Below are positions 1-20,400 of a DNA stretch of 64,000 nt, in pieces; position 1 is the stretch's first letter; each line of letters starts with the position of its first letter. The stretch is from the human T2T-CHM13v2.0 reference genome, Homo sapiens: assembly GCF_009914755.1 (NCBI RefSeq), contig NC_060934.1; one strand, written 5' to 3'. Under the pieces are notes generated by a model. The model was not told where the DNA came from and searched no databases. It worked only from the letters and a program-made list of their open reading frames with translations. Position numbers and translations under genes: made by a program.

Positions 1-199
1 TCTGTTCCTGCTTCTGCCTCAGTGCAGTCTGGCCCACTGCCTGGGATGCTATACCTTCTTCTTTCTCATGGTTTCTTTCCCCTACTACAGGACACACATA
101 TCTCAGAATGGTGGATGATTTGTGAGTATTTCGTGTTCCTCCACCAGAGGTAAACTCTTGAGGACTGGCAACCACTCTGTAACACATGAAATGTCAACC

Positions 200-1320
200 T
201 ATGATCAGAGAATATGAAAATCCAGAAGTGCTTGGTATTCTGGGCAAATTGAGCTCTGTGAATAATATAGAATTGCATTCGCATCCTAGTCAACCATGGG
301 ATAAGAGAAGCCTCAATGTTCAGACCAAGGACAATCAGTGTCTGATCCTAAAAGAAAGTTACAGGCTCTAGAAAAAGAAATCTAATTCATCACAACACAA
401 GTGGAATATGCCAAGACACACATGCTTGAACCTATCACAGAAAACTGAAAAAATTCTCATCATTTCCATACAGAGATCCAGCACTTGTGTGAAGAGTAAG
501 TTCAAGTTTCTGCAGGATTGTTAGCGCAAAACCGAAGAACTGGCAGCCTCCCTGGGAGAGGAGAACATTGGTGATAATGTCCAATCAGAGAATGGAGATC
601 ATGTTGAAACTAGGCAAAAGGATCCTAGAGGAAACTGAAGGGTTTTGTAGGGAAGTTGGACATTTAAACATTGAAAATAGAGGAAAATTCAATCTATGCC
701 AACGTTGCTGAAGAAGAGTACAGAAAAGCTGAACGGACAAGTCCTCTGAAAGGGGCTCAAACTGAAGAAGCTGAATGAAAAGGTCAGATCCGCATCTTAG
801 AGGAGAGAGGAAATGAAATGAGTGAACTCTATCAGCAGAAAGAAATGGAGTCTGTGTCTCAGTTATTACCTGTCAGGGTAGATTATGACTAACAGAAAGA
901 GGTGGGAAGTTTTGAAGCCAAAGACCTGGTGAGTCGTAAAAATGAACTAGAGATCTACAGAATAGATTGTAAGATATCAAAGAAAAGCTGGAAATACCAT
1001 TTCTTCTTCTCAGGGACAGATTCTGTCCTTAGAACTAAAAGTTAATGGTAATTGGTTGAGAGCTTGGGAGGCTGAACAAAATCTCATCCTCACCAGACAG
1101 GAGGTTGCAGATCTGAGGTAAAGAATAAGGGAAAGATAAATTCAACTCCAGCTTCTGGCAGTGGATCCTCTTGTATTTGTTGATTGTGATGGAACATTTG
1201 GCTGGGAGCATTTGCTTCTCAGCCCATAGGCATGGGATGCCGCTTCGTCTGGGATGGAACGGCTCCATGCCCCTCTGCTCAGCTTCCAGGATGTCCTGTA
1301 CCTTCACTTTACCTTTCAGA
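200..1320 (+). pseudogene. Diverged intronless (processed) pseudogene of the cTAGE5/MIA2 (TANGO1-like) coiled-coil family
   Basis: Manual translation gives collinear blocks matching recalled cTAGE5. KRKLQALEKEI*FITTQVEYAK ~ [40 protein letters not shown] ~ AAMLGEDITDD..SENG. MSELYQQKEM ~ MTELYQENEM. SSQGQILSLELKVNGNWLRAWEAEQNL ~ SYQGQIISHEKKAHDNWLAARNAERNL. LLAVDPLVFVDCDGTFGWEH ~ [20 protein letters not shown]. No introns; several stops and frameshifts. The 5' boundary is uncertain. Confidence 0.75.
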
Positions 1321-1370
1321 AAGAAGAAAGGTGTTTGTCTCAATACATTTTAGTTGATTTAGAGAATGGC

Positions 1371-1738
1371 TGTCCTAGTCAGTCTGGGCTGCTATAACAG
1401 AAAAACACGGACTGGGTGACTTAAACAACAGACAATTATTTCTCACAGTTCTTGGGGCTGGGAAGTATAAAAACAAGGCACTGGCAGTCTGATGTTTGGT
1501 AAGGGCACTGCTCTTGGTTTGCAGAAGGCCATTTTGTCATTGTATCCTCATATAGTGGAGACAGAAAGAGATTATCTCTTTCTTGTCTCTTCTTATAAGG
1601 GCACTAATCCCCTTGTTCAGGGCTCCACCCTTATGATCTAATTACTTGCCAAAGGCCCCATCTCCTAATACTATCACCTTGGGAATTTAGGCTTCAACAT
1701 ATGAATTTTAGGCAGACACAAACATTCAGTACATAGCA
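1371..1738 (-). mobile_element. MaLR solo LTR (MLT1A-like)
   Basis: TGTCCTAGTC...CATAGCA termini, typical 'gctgctataacag...gactggg..ttaaacaac' motif, perfect 5-bp TSD ATGGC (1366-1370 / 1739-1743). Confidence 0.85.
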
Positions 1739-3897
1739 ATGGCTTAACCCCCAGAATTCACTAGAGGGAGAAGTGTGTGTAGTGATGACTCCAGCAGGGC
1801 CCAGAGAACTCTGATCCCATGCAGGTCTGGTGCCCTGGATGCTCTGGCTTTGCAGGGTCCTGAGTGGGGCTGGATGAGGCTCAGCTGTGAAAGCCACAGG
1901 AAGGTAGCTCTGGCTGTGATTCCTCAGCTTTGCCTTCCTTACAAGGGGGACCAGACCCTTAGGGTCACCAGGCTCTTCATCTGGCTTTGTGGGACTGCCC
2001 CAGTGGCACCCCCACTTCACAATGCTGTCTCAGGCTGCAAGTGCTGAGACCTGTCATTTGAACACCGGGGTGTCTGGAAGCCAGGTGACAGAGTGTGATG
2101 TGATTTAGTGGTGCCTACATGCTCATGTGAGGCAGATCAACCTCGTCCTCAGAAATGATACAGGAACTGGGAAGACAGTAGAGAAACTTTGCCTTTGGGA
2201 GAGGAAGAAGTTGCTAGGCTCCCAGGTCTTGACTCCTGCCTTATAGTTTGATGGACCAGCTTGAGCAGTCCCAGGACCTTGGGCAGTGGCTGAAGTATTT
2301 CTGATTAGAGGAAAAGGTTAGGGTTGTCAAGGAAGCTGTTCTGAATGAGTACACTGTGGGTGGGACCTACTGACATTTGCACTGGGCTGTCGAACTTTCA
2401 GGCTGGGTCACCTGGAGTCAGTGATACTCCTTTACTGGGCCCCAAGATTCTCTCCAGTAAAATGGCTTCCTTAACATAGGAATTGCCTCTCAGGGTTCTT
2501 GGAATGTTACAACAAAGGTGACATGTTAAGGATGGGCCCCAGCATGTGCTCAGCTTGGTCATCATTCATAGTAAGGATTCCTCATGGATGCAGGGCTGAG
2601 CTGGGCCTATGAGGACAAGCAGGACTGGGTCTGACAGTGGGGGCATAGAGGAGCAGGGTGGCCTGAGATGGAGGCAGCATGAGACCTCACCCTGTTCCTA
2701 TCAGATCGGCCAGGGAGGGAAGTTCCCTCCTGGCCAATCAAGTGACTCCTGGATGGAGTCCAGAGGATTAAACTTCCTTTACAGGGCCCAGCCAGTAGCT
2801 ATCAGTCAACCAGCTTTCCTCAGATCACTCCCTGGGCTTCTGTGTGGACACAACAGAAGAGGCGAGTTCTGTGGAGACTTATGCTAGGTTCGGTTGTGAG
2901 TATCCACCAAGAGGGCTGCTGGGAAAACCTATGGATGTTTTCATCTAGTGATGAGGTCTCACTCTACCAAACTGTGAACTTCTCAGCACAGGGCTGAATG
3001 CTGCTCATCACCGAGCCCACCCAGTACAGCCCTAGCACAGAACAGGTACTAGCAGAAGGCCAGGAATGACAGAGCAAGAAGGAGTCAACTGTTAACAATT
3101 CAGGGCATCTCCCAGCTCCTAGAACCCACGGCCCAAAGCCACTGACCATGGGAGGGGAAACTGTGAACGTGACTTTGCTTCGTACAGACCCAAGGAGATT
3201 CTCTGTCCCATATGTCTGTGGTAACAGGATATCCCGCTCGCCACCTCTGGGATGGACCCTGCATTATTCTTGGACTCTGATCTTGGTTCCCAGGAGGGAG
3301 AGGTCAGGCTCTGCATGTGGGATCCTTTGTATTGGTCACTGACTCTGCTTCAGGCTCAGCCTTCTGGCTGTGGGCACTGGCTTGACACTGACTCCTGACC
3401 CCTGGGTTTTAGGGTGTCAGCTTATTTTTCTGGGCTTTGTCCTTGGTACTATGCAAAGGTTGGATCTGGGAGTTTAGCTGTGGCCCCCAATCTCATCCAC
3501 TCCTTGTAGCTTCCTTGATCAAGCTCTGGTTACTGGAGTGTGGGCTGCAGGTTACGGGCTCTTCCCCTGTGGGCTCTGTTCTGTTCACTGATGAACAGAC
3601 CCTCTCTGCCTTCTGAGCTCAGGAGGTGCTTTCAGAATCGTAATCTCAAGGCTTATCATGTGATTCTTTGATTGTGACTTTGGAGTAAGAAGAGATGGAC
3701 CCTGGGCTCAGGGTTCTTTCTGATGCTAGGGAGATCCTGAGGAGCTAAGTGTGAGAAAAGGTGATGATTTAAGGCCCCAAACAGGTGGAGAGTGAGGGAA
3801 GAATGGAAGGGAAACCACTGGATCAGCATTTGCTTGGCCGATTTGGGAGTCATGTCAGGGCCTGCTTCCTCCAGAGCTGGGTCAAGCTCCAGAAGTG

Positions 3898-4071
3898 ACC
3901 TCACCTGCCCCAGGCCAGCATTGCTCCTTCCTGAGATAGGTCATCCTCAGTAGTGACCTCACTTATCTAGCCTCAGTTTTCTCAACCTCACCTGCCCCAG
4001 GCCAGCATTGCTCCTTCCTGAGATAGGTCATCCTCAGTAGTGACCTCACTTATCTAGCCTCAGTTTTCTCA
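3898..4071. repeat. Perfect 87-bp tandem duplication (2 copies), overlapping a MIR-like remnant
   Basis: 3898-3984 is identical to 3985-4071. Confidence 0.95.
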
Positions 4072-5037
4072 TCTGCTGCATGAGAAACTGAATAGCACCT
4101 ACGTGGAAGGAGTTTCTGTCCTGTCGGGATGCCATGACTGGCTCAGCATTTGCAACATTGGCCTGAAGGTAGGAAGGACCCATCCCAGGGTAGAGCATGG
4201 CCTAAATTAGGTATACTTTTTGGTCTGTACTTTCTCTTACCAAACGAAGTTTTGTTTTATTTTAATGCTTTTTGTCTTGCTGTTGTTGTAGTTACATATG
4301 ATCTAGCATTGTTTAATATTTATATCATATAAATCATATATATGTATAATAAATCTTATCAAGACTCCTTTTTTTTAGTAAGTCTATAAACCCACATTCC
4401 AAAATATGCCAGGGCTTTTGATATTTTTCCCTCAGAGTCTTAAGTGATTTTTGGATATTGCTAATATTGCCTGACTTTCCAGATTGCTTGTATCTCAGAG
4501 TTTGAATTTACCAAGTTACAAAAAATTCACATATAAAACAAGCCAGGAGTTTCAGAAGGTGTATATATGTGGAATGGCTGGATGTAACAGGAATATCCTA
4601 GAGCTATTCACTGAAATTATAAAAAATAAAAATTTCCCATGCATCTACAATGGCCCTTCATTTTGTAACATCACGGTAACATTCAGGTGCCAAATAAAAA
4701 GGGGGAAAGTTAAAAATTCCCCACCCCATAACTCAGTTCAACCAGTTCAACCTAGTTCTGATTACTTTTCTCAAAGTCTCCCTACCAATATTTTTTCTTA
4801 TTTCATTCTTTTATCTAAACATTAAAAAGTCATGTTGATTTTTCTTTTGCAACATCTCACATATGTTTTTGTAGCTTTATTTGTAGATCCATGAGCTCTT
4901 CTCAGGCATTGTTACTTCAGCCCTAGACTTCTGCAGTAGCCCCCTGACACATCTGCTCATCCTCTCTCACTGGTCCTTGTTGCTGTCTATTCTGCTTCCA
5001 CTGCTGTGTGAATCTGCCCGTTGTAGGCTTTGCACAC

Positions 5038-5423
5038 TGTGTTAGTTCATTCTCACACTGCTATAAAGAACTACCTGAGACTGGGAAATTTTTAAAGAAA
5101 AAAGGTTTAATTGACTCACAGTTCCATGTGACTATGGAATTGTAAGTCAATTGAAAGTTTTCTCAGGAAACTTACAGTAATGGCAGAAGGCAAAAGGGAA
5201 GGAACATACATCGTACATGGTGGCAGGAAAGACAGCGAGGGAGAGGGGAACTGCCAAACACTTAAACCATGAGATCTGATGAGAACGAACTCACTATCAT
5301 GAGAACAGCATGGGGGAAATGGCCCCCATGATCCAATCACCTCCCACAAGCTTCCTCCCTTGACATATAGAGATTATAATTCGAGATGAGATTTGGGTGG
5401 GGACACAGAGCAAAACTAGATCA
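5038..5423 (-). mobile_element. MaLR solo LTR (MSTA-like)
   Basis: tgtgttagttcattctcacactgctataaag...gagatttgggtggggacacagagc..atca; perfect TSD CACAC on both sides. Confidence 0.9.
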
Positions 5424-6085
5424 CACACAGTTATTACTCCTTTAAAAAGTAGTGCAAAATATAAGCATGATTATTCCCAAGCTCTTCCACAATCTAGTCC
5501 AAATTAACTGCTCTTCTTTATTGCTTATTTTTTTATTGTGACTCTGAAATAAACTCAATCAGTGTTCATCCTGGCAGGACAGTCCATTCAGATTTCCATG
5601 TACTGGGCATTGGATGTCTTTGATTCTCCAGAATCTCTTTCCTTCTGATTCTAGTAAATGAATCCCTCTTTTCTGTGGTAAATTGTTTCTATGTGGTTCA
5701 GCTGATTTGCTCCCCCTTTACCACATGAAAAAAGGATATACATTCATGTCCAGCCTGTATATTGCCTATAGATCACCATGATTATCTCAGTGATGGGAAT
5801 ATTTTGTGAGTGGGTATATTTTGTGACCCAGGGAAAGAGATTGTAAGGAAAGTACAGGCTGGAGACTAAGAGGATCATCTTTCTGGCTGCTTAGAAAAAA
5901 CCTTTTTGAGAATGAAGGCAACAGGTAGAATAAGAGCTGAGAGATAGAAAATGAGATAGAGTCCCAGTCATATTATTCTCTGTGAACAAAAACCACTTTT
6001 ACTTTTGATACTGTGGAGCTAACAGTCTGGGAAAATTGGTAGGAATATTAGGAAATGTTTGATTCTTATGACAGAGACTCACTAA

Positions 6086-6419
<334 letters not shown>

Positions 6420-7154
6420 TAAAACCTAATTCTTTTTTCCTGTTCATGAACCCAACTGCATTTCCTAGCACTCTTTGATATTAGAGATGGCCATGTGACT
6501 TTGTTCTAGTCAATGGAGTGTGAGCTGGAGTCTTGCATCATCTACAGACTTGGCTCATTAAATACCTCTTGCATGTGAATCTCCACGTTCATTTTTCCTC
6601 CGAAGTCAAAATGCAGATGTTTTATTTTTCTCATATAATTTTGTTGTTTTTAGTATATTGATAAAATTATGCAGTCATCACCACTATCTAATTCCAGCAT
6701 ATTTTTATCACCTCAAAAGAAACCTCGTACCCATTAGCAGTCATTCCCATTCGCCCTCCTCCTCAGCCCTTGGCAATCACTGATCTACTTTCTATCTATT
6801 GATTTACCTATCCTTGATATTTCATACAAATATAATAATATAGTATCTGGCTTTTTCTGGCTGACTTCTTTCACATAGCATTATGTTTTCAAGATTCAAC
6901 CATGTTGTAGAATGAATCAATACTTCATTCCTTCTAATGGCTGAATAATACTCCATTTTAAAGATATACTACATTTGTTTTCCCATTTTCCACTTAATAG
7001 ATTTTTCGGTTGTTTTCACTATGGGCTATTATGATTAATAGTGCTATGAAAACTTGTGTACAAGTTTTTGTGTGGATGTGTGTTTTCAATACTCTTGAAT
7101 CTGTACCTTAGAATTGAATTGCTGTATCATATGGTGGTAATTCTATGTTTAATC

Positions 7155-7455
7155 TTTTTATTTTTTTATTTTCAGAGACAGTCCCACTCTATCGCCAGGG
7201 TAGAGTGCAGTGGTGCAATCATGGCCCTCTGCAGCCTCCAACTCCTGGGCTCAAGCTATTGTCCTATCACAGCCTCTCAAGTAGCTTGGACTGCAGGTAT
7301 GCACCACCATGCCCAGATAATATTTATTTACATTTTTGTAGAGATGAGGACTTCCTATGTTTCCCAGACTGGTCTCAAACTTCTGGCCTCAAGTAATCCT
7401 CCTGCCTTGTCCTCCCAAAGTGCTGGGATTACAGGCATGAGCCAGTGCACCTGCC
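7155..7455 (-). mobile_element. AluJ SINE
   Basis: Reverse-complement Alu with J-type 'gcagcctccaactcctgggctcaag'. Confidence 0.9.
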
Positions 7456-7575
7456 TATGTTTAACATTTTGAGGAACTCTTCAAACTGTTTTCCAAATTG
7501 ACTATGGCATTGTATATTCCCACTAGCAAGATATGGATTCTAGTTTCTCCATATCTTCAGCAACACTTGTTAATA

Positions 7576-8860
<1,285 letters not shown>

Positions 8861-8910
8861 TATATATCTTCTTTATTATAGCCATCCCAGTGGACGTGAA
8901 GTGGCATCTC

Positions 8911-9941
8911 AAGGAAAACGTTTAGAATATTTTGTTATTAATGGAAGTGATAAAGATACAACATACCAAATCTTCTAAGGTATAGCTGAAGTAGTGCTTA
9001 GAGAGACATTTATAGCTATAAATTACTACATATGTTTTAAAAGAGGAAGATCTCAAACAAATTAAGCATTCACCTTAAGAAACTAAATAAATAAGAAAAT
9101 ATAAAACCAAAGCAAGCGGAAGGAAGGAAATAATAAAGATTAAAGAATAAAAATAGATAATAAAGAACAGAGAATAAAGTAAATGAAACAGAGAATAGAA
9201 AAACAATAGAGAAAATCATCAAAATCAAAATTGTTTCTGTGAAAAGATCAACAGAGGTAACAACCCTTTAGCTAGAAAGAAGGAGAAAAGAGAATACTCA
9301 AAATATTAAAATCAGGAATAAAGGGACAGTAGTACAGAACTTATAGAAATAAAGGATTTTAAGGGCATAGTATGAACAAGAAGTTTATATCAACAAATTG
9401 GCAAACTTAAAATAACACCAACTGTTGAAACAAACTCAGAGAGAAATAGAAATATCTGAATTAACATATAACAGGTAAAGTGATTAATTTAAAAATACTT
9501 TCCACATAAAAAAGATCAGGCACTGAGGTCTTCAATGGTGACTTCTACCAAATATGTAAATAGTTAAGAATTTATCAATTATTCACAAACTCCTCCAAAA
9601 TATGGAGGAGGAAGAAATGCTTCCCAATTGATTCTATAAGATCAGTATTACCCTAGTACCAAAATAAAAAACATTACAAAAATAAAATTTCAGAACAATA
9701 TGTCTTATGAATATAGACACAAAAATATAAACAACACAAATCCAGCAACATATAGAAATGGATACACCATGACGAAGTGGGATACATCCCAGGAATGCAA
9801 GGCTGGTCCCACATATGAAAATCTATCAATAAAATACAAAGGATTAATACAATAAAGTACAAAAACCGCATACCGAAAATGCATTTGACAAAATCCAACA
9901 CTCTTTCATGATTAAAAAAATTCTTGGCAAACTAGGAATAG
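8911..9941 (+). mobile_element. Old L1M ORF2 fragment in opposite orientation to the adjacent L1MB 3' end
   Basis: Degenerate ORF2 motifs (gatacaacataccaaa; ttctaccaaatatg; catcccaggaatgcaaggctggt; gcatttgacaaaatccaaca). Confidence 0.8.
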
Positions 9942-10761
9942 GTAGGTAAGTTTTTTGCATGCTACGTGACAGAAGGTGACTGAGTCCTTGAATTCCTACT
10001 TAGAAGACAGCAATTTTAAGAGCAGGAATATTGTCAGTATTCAAGTTTTTTTGAAAAATAAACTTCTATCCATATTTTCCCCAAGTACAATTATTTTGGT
10101 GTTTGCTTCCAGAGTTAGCATTACCTTACCAATTAAAATTTTTCTAATCAAAGCTGTGATTTTGCTATCTTTAATGTTTCAAATAAAAAGGAAGGTCAAA
10201 ACCTGCTTAAGACCTAACTAACAGAAAGGTCCAGGATAAAGATTTTAAAACTAATATAATTCTAATGAGAGGCTTTTCTTAAAAGACTAAGATACCTACC
10301 TAAGTGAAAATTAAATCACCTTTCTGCTTCCAGGAATCTTCTTTCGATACTATTTTAGAGTTAATAGCCTCTTCACTCAAGGGAAGTCCTAAAACTTATG
10401 TGGAAATCAATCTTCTGACATGGCAAAAAGGAAAAAATCCTTATTTTCTCCTAAGATTAGAGAAAATGCAAAACAAAGAAATCAGCAGTCAGCAAGACTC
10501 AATAATCCTTCTGCACCTTAGAAGTTATCCAAGAAAATTTAATTACAATTGTAAGAACTTAATAGATCAAACTATCAGAATAATGTTCTGTCGTCTGCTA
10601 TCAGATACATATGTTTGTAAATATTTTCAAAATTTAAAATGTGAATTTAATGAGAATCTGAATCTTTCTTTCTGTGGTTATAGAACTTCCTTAGAGGCAT
10701 TATTTCATTTGAAGGCTTATCCCTTAAAAAGAAATGCATGATGACAGTGAAGGATACTTAG

Positions 10762-10880
10762 AATGTATTTATTTATTCAACAAATTCTTATCACAAGGCT
10801 GTGTTATGATATGTAGTAGGGAGCCAACAGTGAACAGAATAGACAAGGATCCTTTCTAATAGAACAAATATTCTAGTGAA
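10762..10880 (-). mobile_element. L2 3' remnant
   Basis: tttatttattcaacaaat...acagtgaacagaatagacaag...ttctagtg resembles the L2 3' end. Confidence 0.5.
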
Positions 10881-12199
10881 AAATTCAACTTCTAAAACTT
10901 TTCAAATATCTACAGTGGAAAATAAACCATGATTCTCACTGAAAGTCTTTTTCAACAAGGCAGTAATCTCAAAATCTATCTTAAAAGGCATTACAGAATC
11001 TCTCTTGGTGCTTTAAATTGTTTCACCAAGCAGGTTATTCTATTGTTTAAAGTGTTAGCAAGGAAAGAAGAAATGTAATCAAAATGGATTACGTCTTACT
11101 GAGCCTGAATCTATGTGGATTTTTGTATTATTAATAAGTAAAACCCTAGTCTCAGACAAAAGATGAACTGGAAGATGGTTGTGTAATGGGGTGGATGTTC
11201 ATAGGGACATGCATACCTAGTTTTAGTACTGAGCTTGTTACAAGCAACAGCCACAGTGTTTTACAGAAGAATGGCAAGTACTTATTAAGAAGCTAGTCAG
11301 TCAAGTAACAGTCATTTTAAAAATTTTCTACTGTACATTTGAATTTCATTTCATTCTTTGAGCCATGATTGATATATATGGCCCTTGATATGGCACTGTG
11401 CTTATGTCACACAATCTGAGTAAGAAACAGAAAAGACCTGTGGAAACTTGCGATCTTGCTGCTTATCATTTTCCTTAATGTTTCAAAATAATACAATAAT
11501 CACAGTTTGCCAATTCCTTTTACATATATTGTCTTCTGCAAATTCTTTCCTGCCTTCTAGCAGGGAGTATAACATAATTATAAACCACATGGCAAATCCA
11601 TGGTAGTTTCCAGTCTTTAGCTCCTTCTATTGTACTACCTCGACCAATTTTTTTTTCTGTTCCTCCTTATCAAAATGACTATAGTAAATATATCTTCTGC
11701 ATATTATTTGTGAGTTTCAAATGAAATGACTTTTGTAATATTTAAGTGCTTGACACATATAAGCTCTTATTATTAACTTTCAGAAAAGCAAATTAAGCAA
11801 AAAAAAAAGTGTAGGGTGAAATTATCTTAAAAATTATAATCACAAACTAAATGCCACTTATAATATGTAGGTAGTTTCCAGAAAACAAGTATAAATTAAC
11901 GATATTAGATTCTGAGAAATACATGTAGACGCTGTGTTTAAAAAGCTTCTAAATTTATATTTCTCATCTAGGAACTAATTCCAACTTTTTAGCTTATTGG
12001 CCCATCAAATATCACTTGATAAATATATACTAGATATAATATATCTAGTATATATTAGAACACTTTTCCGTGTCTTTAGATTTGCAGGTAGTATTTTACC
12101 CAGTTAAGTAACTTTGCTGAAGCAATATGTATTTCAATTTGCAGCAAATAGATCTTACATGGCTTATCACTTTCTATTGCAAATGAATTATGCAAATAC

Positions 12200-18427
<6,228 letters not shown>

Positions 18428-18699
18428 TGCTTCAATCCCCCAACCAACACTCTGAGTTCCTCAAATACATCCTGAATGCTTCTGAGCTTTCAACTTTCTA
18501 ACTGTAATTGCTTTTATTTCAGAGATTGACTTGGGAAATTATAGATAATGAAATCTGATGAAACTCTCTCTGACTAATAATCCATAATAAACAGTGGCCT
18601 GGGGGTGAGGTGGGGAAAGAATGTATAACACCTGAATACTAGTGAAGTCCTATGTTCTTGGAATTATAAAACTCGAGAAGTTAAAAAAAAAAAAAAAGT

Positions 18700-18935
18700 C
18701 TTGACAGCTGACAACATGTTATACTGCTTCTTACAGACCAGAAATACTCCTCAGAATATTATCAATAATCAGAGGCCACAAGTGACTGTGGCCAAACAAG
18801 ATATAAACAACACCACTCTGCAATCATGTCTAAATATCGGGAAAAGGACACTATGCAACCCCAAAAATTACCAAGCATCCTTAGTTTCTGGCTAATTGAG
18901 TGGCTACAGTTTCTTTACTAATGATAACCCTAGCT
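18700..18935 (+). mobile_element. Possible old ERV1 LTR fragment (MER34/MER87-like)
   Basis: 'ggccaaacaagatataaacaacaccactctgcaatcatgtc' resembles recalled ERV1 LTR motifs; no termini identified. Confidence 0.3.
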
Positions 18936-20281
18936 TCTATCTCAGTTGTTTGGACTTATATTTTTTCTCTCTTTTAAGAATAATCTGAGTTTTGTTGACA
19001 AGCACAATGTTTTAATTGGTGTCCCAATAGAAAAACGTATCCCATTGGTCAGAAAAACAGAAAACATGTGTATTCCTAAGAAATACTCATAAACCAAGTA
19101 ACTTTCCCCACCGAGCAATGACTCAGAGATATTATTGTAAAACTACTCTCCTAAAGAATTCAGAGCAGATTAATCATAATCCAAAGATTTCCCTGTCAGA
19201 GTGAATGTTAACTAAAAAGGGGAAGATATGTGCAAAGTGTTTTTAGGCTTAAATGAATGAATACAATATCCTCTTGATATTAACACATACAATTCTCACT
19301 TAAAAATTAAAAAATAAGAAATCTACAGATTAATGTCAGCAACAAAATTTTCTTGGATCTTCTAAATGGACATAGTTAAACAAATAAACTGTCCAGCATT
19401 TATTGTGAAGTGACATAATTAACAAATATATCTCTCACATATAGACATGCACATATGTATATGTCTATATAAAGATGGAATATATGTTCATTAGTATTAT
19501 AAAATACATTTAATTACATGACTCAGTTTAATAGAATACTGTAGCCTTACCACATTCACTTACTCCTGGATGTATATCTACCAATTTTGAAGAAAAAAAG
19601 TAAATATTAAAATCATTACTTTGGATGGTAAGCAAAGATGTCAAGTCAAGTACTTTTTTATTCTACTTAGATGTTAAGGCTTTAAGTATGTCACTTAAAT
19701 ATGTATACAACATACTTCTAATGTGAATTTAGTTCTGGAATGCAATGCACTATTTTATTTGCTTTCCATTTGCAAATGAACTCTTACTCTTTTTACAGTT
19801 GCACTGCTTGACAGTTCCTTTATTACAGTTGACATAATTAAAATAGAACTATTTTACTTATAGTTATGATATATTATAGTAATTTAAACCAATGCTTTCA
19901 CTAGAGTTCTTATTACAGTTGTTCAAATGTATTATTTTAATATAAAAACATTAAAATTTCACAAAGTAAAATGTCTGCAATTATTATCCTTAGTAAGTTG
20001 GTAATAAGCAACAATACAGAGTTTTGAAATGTACAGTAAATTTTAAAATAATAAACATGGATGAGGAAAAGCTCCAATCTTCAACAACATTCATATATTG
20101 TGGAATGTGTCGTTAGTGATATGTACATTTCAAATAAATGAAAGTTAGTATAAAGATTATAATTTAGTAAAATGTGTACGGATCTGGATATATTGATATT
20201 TACTGCAAATTGATAAATATAACATCTGCAATGGTCTGAAAAATTTTAAAAGCTCCTCTGACTTTAACACAAACATCGGTA

Positions 20282-20400
20282 TGTCCTAGTTACTATTGCT
20301 ACATAATAAATCATCTTGAATTGGCTAAAACAACAGCCATTTTATTATGCTCAAAGATTCTACAGTTCAGGAATATAGAAAGGGCAGACAGTTGAGGCTT
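20282..20400 (-). mobile_element. Truncated old MaLR (MLT1) LTR end
   Basis: tgtcctagttactattgctacataataaatcatc...aaaacaacagccattttattatgctca. Confidence 0.55.

Noticed and set aside
10304-10741. 145-aa ORF and other 60-120 aa ORFs in unique AT-rich DNA (e.g. 4484-4825, 26023-26253)
   Set aside because: No recognisable domain, often non-ATG starts and no exon structure. Their number is consistent with chance.
18428-18468. Possible 5' transduction between the L1PB start and a CAAATAC repeat matching the 3' flank (~12193)
   Set aside because: A 7-bp AT-rich match is too weak to define a TSD.
19439-19470. 32-bp quasi-palindrome ATATAGACATGCACAT/ATGTATATGTCTATAT
   Set aside because: It has two mismatches and lies in alternating purine-pyrimidine low-complexity sequence, where self-complementarity is expected.
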